A stretch of DNA of 64,000 nt, taken from assembly GCA_020137815.1 (NCBI GenBank), contig CM035362.1:1426001-1490000 (forward strand). Reading direction: 5' to 3'. Source of the DNA: Hormiphora californensis (taxonomy: Eukaryota > Animalia > Ctenophora). The notes beneath the pieces were generated by a model, which made no database searches, was not told where the DNA came from, and saw only the letters and a program-made list of their open reading frames with translations. The translations under genes and the position numbers were made by a program. Positions 57,466-64,000 of the stretch are shown here, piece after piece; the stretch's first letter is position 1; every line of letters begins with the position of its first letter.

Positions 57466-57539
<74 letters not shown>

Positions 57540-60500
57540 AAAGACACTTTACCTCGAGGTAGAACTTCTTGAAACTTTTGAAGGCGAGTTCTGCCTCCTT
57601 TGGCAGGTTACAGATTATCTTGCACGGTGGTAGGGGCCAATAACCTGTAGTAAAAATAGATAGTACAGGTCTAAAATTGCCTAGCTAGACATTACAAATG
57701 TAAAGGAGGGTTAGAACATAACAAGTCTGAAATGGAATTAAAATGTAAAAATGGTAGTAAGAAACGAAACGCAGCAGTAAAAATGGTAAAATATGTGGTG
57801 ATGGGACCCCGAAAAAGGGGAATCCCCTTTTTGGGGTCCCATCTTCTCGGGATATGATGAAAAACTCTCAAATTACCGGTAGTTAGAACCCGTACGTTCA
57901 AATCGACTGTACCCACAGCTGCAGCTGTAGCAGCACTACTTGACGCAGCACTACTACTGCTACTACTCGCCTCAGCAGTCCCTCCCTTGTTCTTTATGTA
58001 ATTCTGGGGAAAACGGAGATTTAATTATTATGTAATTCTGGGGAAAACGGAGATTTCATAACGCAGCATACATCAATTAAATCTTAATTATGGCAACACG
58101 GGTTAGAAAACACCAAATAAATGATGGATAAATTTGCCTTGGTCGACCCTGTTACCCGGCAAAAACCTCTTTACAAATGTAAAGGAGGCAACAAATAAAT
58201 GATGGATAAATGAGATTAGGTATATATATATGTCAACAGTTAACAGAAAATGAATCAGGCAGACCGTTATGCGTGTTACCGGTACGATCCACCTTAATCG
58301 TATTCCACGTAGTATTATAGCCCACCTTATAGTTCTCGTTGACAGTGTTTGAGATGTTGACATCTTTGAACATACCCTCCAGTTTACAAGTGAATTGACA
58401 ACCACACTCCGTCTGCGTAAGGGGGGGGGGGTAATCATTCTATAATCATTATTAGGGCGATAAGTGAAAACTGACAGTAGGATTTCAATCTATGTATATC
58501 AATTACTCACGATTCACTAGCTGGCACCACCAGGAACCGACCGAAACAAGTAAACAACCAATCAGAACTAGTTATTTAGGCCACGTGACTGGTTATCAGC
58601 CAATCAGGGACGAGTATTTCCTATCACCCACCTTTAGTTTTGAGATCATGTTCTTCTCAGCGTCGTCCGATATCGATCGGTTATTCAGTAGCCTCTTTGC
58701 TAAATGTTGTTTGTAATACCTGGGAAAAAGGGATGAGTTAGAACGGACAGAAATTCAGATAACTGATCAAACTCATATTTTGGAATAACGTTTCATTTAC
58801 TGATTATTATATGTACTTATTAAGCCACTTGGTTTTAGATCGTACCGTGTCTGGTTCGTCTCAAACTGGGACCAAACCAAACGGAAGGAATTAGGTAACA
58901 AAGCGTCTATAATAGTACAGATCTATCTATCAATCAACCTAGTTATCCCCACATTTTATGTTTTGCCATATGAAATGTTTACCATCAATAGAAGTCTATA
59001 CTCCCCAACAACATGGCCATCTCTTTTAGGCCCCCTAGCAGACTCGGGGTCAGGGCCCTTGTTCCTGCCGTTCAGGTCGGCGAGCGAAGTGACTCTTTGA
59101 AAACAGCTTCTCAGTAAGAGCCCCTCGCCTCTGAAACACCCTCCCGGCAACTGTAAGCGAAGCCTACCCTCTCTCGGCCTTTAAAACGTCACTACAGCGT
59201 CATCTCGACACCATACCTGACCACCCTCCAATTACTGGCTATGGTGTCCAGCACTGTAACTCACAACTCACATTGCTCAATTGGGCGGTTTCCGGTCCTG
59301 ATAAAGGGATGGCTTGCTAGGATTCTACGAAGCTCCCAAAAATAACAAAAGTAAGTATCAAGATTATTATCCCAGACTGAAATGATATCTCTATCTCTCT
59401 CTCTCTCTCTCTCCCTCTCAGCACGTGCACGATGCTGTCGAATTTGCCGTATATAAAGCATCAATCGGCAGGATTTATTCAATACTCAAGTCATGTTACT
59501 TTCAAATCTCCCAGTGTTGCTATTACTTCTGGTGGGTACCCCTGTGTCCCACTGCATACGACCTAACGTCCTAACGGAATTCGATGCAGTTTGGCACCTT
59601 GGGATGAACTTAAACCCTGCGGATGGCCATATCATGGGATACTCAGTAGGGTTGGCACACCGGAACCCCTATCGGAACCAAGGATACCGCCCTCTCAATG
59701 GATTACCTTGACCATTATGTATGGAAGGAGCCGGCTGACTACATCGCTATAGTGAGGCACCAGCATGGCGTAATTGATGCCGTCAAGGTCTTCAAATTCA
59801 GGTACTTTAGGTTAGGGTGATCTGGTATAGGCGATTTGGTGAAACTTCCCTAGCAATATGATAATACATCCCTAACATTATCGTATCCGGCCTTTCAGTC
59901 GAATTGTCGTGTTCCCATAAGAGAGCTGTGAATTTGTCAGCGCAGGATTATAGATGTCAAGTGAAAGTTTCGCGTAAGGTCTGTACCATTACCATGATTA
60001 CACTTACCTCCAGGTACTGGGGATTGAGCCTACTGGACAGATTTAAAGATATGAACCCGGGAAGACGGATTGTTAGTGACGGTGATGCTATACAAGAAGA
60101 AGTTGCATGGGACGCTGAAAACATACAAGATGATCCCATATTTGGTGTGGGAGGGGAGCTAGCCTTCAACTGGGGCTACACTAACAACGGACATAGGATC
60201 GTATTGACTGGGGGACATCTTTCAGATTTGGGAGTTGATGATGACAATACACAAGGCATAGGAAATGATTTCGCCTGCGATCCGTTAACAGGAACCACCT
60301 TGGCTGGTGGTATTCATCAACATGAGATATCCAACATTCAGGACTGCCCATACCCATCTTGTAGAAATGTCAGGGTCCAGGGAACTGATCACGGATCTGG
60401 ATCACATCTGAAGACAGGACCTGTCTATGGTAACTATGCCATCTACATCTCCAAGAATGTAAACCGATTCCCGCCTGTGGGCACAGAATTGTGTCTTGTT

Positions 60501-63500
60501 GTAAGAGGGACACGGAGTGTGAATTAGAGACAGAATCATTTGTGTGAAAGGGCGAGCCAGCGGTTCGTTCACTGATCGGAACGTTAACTCTCTGTGTTAT
60601 ATTGATATGTGTCTCCAGTGTGTTAATATATATGTGTTACTAGTACATTTACTTGGCCCCGTAAAAAACACCGCTGTTCTGAAAACTACTACTCCCAAAT
60701 AACTAACAGATCACGTCATAACATGTAAGTCATAGACAGTCGGACCCCGATTTTCATTTACCAGAATTCTGGCCTGGGGGAAACGATTTTACCCGGTATA
60801 TATCGTTAATCGGGGAGCCCGGTATATCGGGGTTAACTACTGTCAATTCGCTGTATATCGGATGATAAATAATCCGTATGGTAAAATGGGGTTCCGGCAA
60901 TATCTCCTTCCGTGTGCTCCGGAATGTAGGGTTACAACATAAAAAAAGGTATATCGGCGTCCAATTGTACAATATGTGCCCCGATATTGCAAACCCCTGT
61001 AAACCCCTGTATTTTTTGGCAAATATTTGCAGCCTGACCAAAAGTTTCGCAGCCTTAGTGATTTTTTGCAGCTCAACTGATCTTCCAGCGACATTTTCTA
61101 GGTTTTTTAGGTTCTTTTAGGCTTTTTTCAGGTTTTTAGACTTTTTGTGCTAAACTTGCCGCGAATATATAATTTTTGCAGCCCAGCGATCCATGGGTCA
61201 AAATCATTTTCTCAGCTTTTCAAAAATCGGGGCACTTGTTCTCAATTGTTAAGTTTCTCAAAATACTTACCGTTCAAATATGTCTTTATCCTGCAGGAAT
61301 TTGAATAATACAATTGTCTGATCTAATACTCGCTCAAGTTCTTGTTCCGATAACTGAGAGAGATCATTAATAATTAAACTTTAATTAGGTAATTATTTAA
61401 CAAAATCCAATGGTGAATTAGTAAGGAAAAGTTCCAAACTGTCGGGGAAAATGTGGGAAATTAGTGATCCCAAAAATAACTTACCCCCTTATTTCCCTTC
61501 TTCATTTTGTCGTCAATAAATAGTGATAGGTACTCCGGTGACTTAGAATTCTGGTTTTGGATATTCTCGAATTCCTGAAAATAAAAAATGGCTGATATCA
61601 AGTGGTCAGAGGAAACAAAAGTTGAAATACGACCCCATTCTCCCCAGAGGGTAATATAATTCTCACTCTCAAGCAAGGTAAGCCATCTCCCCCACACAAA
61701 CAGGATGGTTACCCCGGTTACCCCAATAATTTAATTTACCCCAGTTACCCCAATAACTTACCCCGGTTACCCTAATAACTTACCCCGGTTACCCCAATGA
61801 CTTACCCCGGTTACCCCAATAATTTACCCCAGTTACCCCAATAACTTACCCCAGTTACCCCAATGACTTACCCCGGTTACCCCAATAACTAACCCCGGTT
61901 ACCCCAATGACTTACCCCGGTTACCCCAATAACTAACCCCGGTTACCCCAATAACTTACCGAGCAGATGGCCTGTTTAAACATGTGGTCGTTGCAGAATG
62001 AATTCTTAAGAAATAAATCAAATCTCTCTTTCAGGTCCAGGAGGCTCTGCACATAGGCTATCGTGTTGCTGATGTCGCCCTCGCTATCAACCAATGTCTT
62101 CCCACACTCCCCAATGTACACTGTGTGTGGGTGGGAGAGGGTGGGTAGGGGGTGGGAGAGGGTGGGTTAGGGGGTGGGAGAGGGTGGGTTAGGGGGTGGG
62201 AGAGGGTGGGTTAGGGGGTGGGAGAGGGTGGGTTAGGGGGTGGGAGAGGGTGGGTTAGCGTGAGGAGGCAGACCCCCCCAATGTATACTGTGGGTGTTGT
62301 GTGATTTGAGGGTCGGTACCAGACACAATCTTGTCAAACAGGCGGGAATGGGCAAAACAGACACCATTCCAACCCCCCCAAAAGTCTGAACAATTCGTGA
62401 CCTACCTTTCATGGCATTGCACATGCAGGATAGTCCATTTTCAACGCGTGCAAGTAGCCCATACATACACCTCAGATCCTCTTGTTTGTCGTTTCGGAGC
62501 ATGTATACCACACCCGAGTTCTCCATCTGAAAGAAATGATAATTTTAGGGAGATTGTAACATTATCATGTTAGGGAGATTATAATAACATGAGAAATAAG
62601 AGTTTTCGTGAAATCACCTAACTTCAAAATCGTTTCACACATTTACGAATCATTACTTTCTGAACTTAAGTATGATATTTAATTACTACCCTGGCACTCA
62701 TTAAGTATTGGTTCCCCGATGCTAACCTCAACAATAGTCTTCATGTGGACACTAATTAGTTCCCGTTCAACAACACTAGTTATAGGTCCCTCACTGCTAC
62801 AATCTAGATAGTGCTTAGCCCGCTCGGCCTCCTCTCGGATTCTCGCCTCCACTTTCTTGACGTACACACTGGCACAGTTCTCAGACAGGAACTGTTGACT
62901 TTCCATCTGGGGCGAGTAGTAGTTAAAATAGCCACGCTGACCCGGCGAAAAGGGACCATATTTGGGCATATAATGACGTCATCATATTACCAAATATGGT
63001 CACACAAACAGGCCATCGTAAAGTGACGATATAACGGGGCCGATATAAGGTGGAATAGGACATTTCCAAGTTAACACACAAGTGTAACATTGTTATGTTC
63101 TTAGTTCTAACCCTCATTTACATAGAAACAGGGTCGAACAATGCAAGAGGAACACCGTATACAGCTCAAACCCAGGAACCGACCGACACAAGAAAACAAC
63201 CAATCAGAACTCGTTATTTAGGTCACGTGACTGGTTATCAACCAATCAGGGACCAATATTTCCTGATTCGGCCGGTTACAGCCCCGTTACAGCTCAAACC
63301 GTACCTTGAAGAATTCTCCAGATACTTCTAAGAAGGGTTGTTCAAAGTTCTCCTCGTAGACAGTGCGAGTCTTAATACCCAGTGCCATTAACATCTCGCA
63401 CGTGGCCTTCACAGCTCCCCTATAATGGGTTAGGGGTTATATAGAAAGATAACAATTAATGTGCGGTATTATATTAGGGGTGTTATAGAAAGGAGCATTC

Positions 63501-64000
63501 GAGAAATGGAACTCTCGGGTTTTTTATCTGACAGATTCCTTCTCTTTATTCAATGAAACACCCCACATGACGTTGTATCGCTCACCCCGTACTCTTCGCA
63601 CCGATGCGAAGAGAACGGTCTTATATGAGACAAGATTGAAGACTCTCCATAACTATGATAACATGCTCGGTACACAGTGCCGGCTGTATACATTTTGTGT
63701 ACATTACGCGCGCACTTTAACAGTGCTGACGGTGCGCGCATGAAACTTTACATGCATCTCGCACACCATGTTTCTCTAGCCCTCCCAGTATATTCTGTAG
63801 ACCCCGTGTTACACACAGTTACACACGAGATGGTAAAGAAGGACTCGTTGTGGAAAGTGTGACATAAAATAAAGGGAGGGGTAGATAAAGCGAAAATGAA
63901 AGACAAAGAGAGAAAAAGAGAGAAAATAGGGAAAAGAAACTACATAAAAACAGCTAGTATATGATGTATTATACCTATCGACAATTTCTCCTCTTCTCTC
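53291..64000 (-). CDS. CUL3: Cullin-3, 3' portion (5' end lies beyond the window)
   Basis: Exons encode ERRGEIVDR|[151 protein letters not shown] and KVYMYLA* (stop 53291-53293). Confidence 0.97.
53338..53525. repeat. 12-bp-based tandem repeat (gaaagtgaaact)n in the last CUL3 intron
   Basis: Directly visible. Confidence 0.9.
53709..53784 (-). pseudogene. tRNA-like sequence (tRNA pseudogene or tRNA-derived SINE head)
   Basis: A box TGGCTTAGTGG and B box GGTTCAATTCC, a paired acceptor stem GGTTTGG/TCAAACC, and a following T-run. The anticodon loop CATGTCT lacks U33 and a purine at 37, and two stems have mismatches. Confidence 0.65.
56234..57467 (-). mobile_element. ORF1-only (non-autonomous) non-LTR retroelement inserted in a (TC)n microsatellite in a CUL3 intron
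   Basis: About 1.23 kb of unique sequence bounded by (GA)n on both sides: ~85 nt 5' UTR, ORF1, and a ~190 nt 3' UTR with a stem-loop and a short terminal repeat. No ORF2. Confidence 0.7.
56422..57381 (-). CDS. LINE ORF1p-like protein (coiled coil + RRM-like + CTD), 319 aa, intronless
   Basis: A heptad-rich coiled coil followed by NIVIHGL, RLGRF...TRPLKLTL and [15 protein letters not shown], motifs typical of L1/CR1/L2-type ORF1 proteins. Confidence 0.8.
   Translation of the reverse strand: MSVSPRVLVSGNKSISDSELENVHVETVEMIEELFAMAGARPTTGVFSAEYNGAEESLWDTLSAPSKYKLDKVDKNDLVAWVEMTGKLLVERLFPVMRSQFNEARKCSEIEKKLIERQEDLISAQKALVGAQEQLLKLQEQLLEKREEVITEVQTIAKEEIHSFSSALKRECETALAPSRIQKAVAAASEDRSCNIVIHGLTDSPGDSEELLPELWTTLAEKPLVKRAQRLGRFSAGQTRPLKLTLTSKEMQSCILGKKTRLRESEVFSRVYISPDLTSEERAARAVLVKKLKEEKERSPGKSFRIKKGEVVEVSSGTQ
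59493..60527 (+). CDS. Nested antisense 2-exon gene for an unrecognised secreted protein (exons ~59493-59801, ~60014-60527), with an apparent +1 frameshift at ~59650
   Basis: Signal peptide [21 protein letters not shown], then [28 protein letters not shown]...[21 protein letters not shown]|[10 protein letters not shown]...NYAIYIS. It lies in CUL3 intron ~58721-61270. Confidence 0.7.
61705..61960. repeat. ~23-bp minisatellite beginning exactly at a CUL3 donor (minus strand gtaagttattggggtaaccgggg)
   Basis: About 10 visible units. Confidence 0.9.
62128..62258. repeat. 22-bp G-rich minisatellite (gggtgggttagggggtgggaga)n abutting a CUL3 acceptor
   Basis: About 5-6 visible units. Confidence 0.9.

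Noticed and set aside
63550-63862. Short ORFs in the CUL3 intron near the window end
   Set aside because: CUL3 splices directly from ~63975 to ~63419, and these ORFs have no recognisable homology or complete structure.

Overview
Gene-dense eukaryotic (animal) DNA with short GT-AG introns. The gene content and repeat families are most consistent with a ctenophore such as Pleurobrachia; this is recollection and inference, not verified. I reconstructed spliced models by hand for these genes: an MPLKIP/TTDN1-like gene (-) head-to-head with U2SURP/SR140 (+); a TMC channel (+); ANKMY1 (+); an unrecognised 6-exon gene with an unfamiliar triple repeat (+); a large secreted kringle/VWC/SUEL/EGF/Ig/C-type-lectin mosaic gene (+) that hosts an antisense nested gene with three hevein-like cysteine repeats; and the 3' part of cullin-3 (-). 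Cullin-3 introns host an ORF1-only retroelement inside a (TC)n tract, an antisense nested secreted-protein gene and a tRNA-like sequence. Many MITE and foldback families are present. The most striking unexplained pattern is that about ten exon-intron junctions are themselves locally duplicated, up to ~19 times, and one junction is copied 2.3 kb away. Several intronic minisatellites are built from CArG, E-box or IRF-like motifs. Exon boundaries were read by eye and may be off by a few bases.
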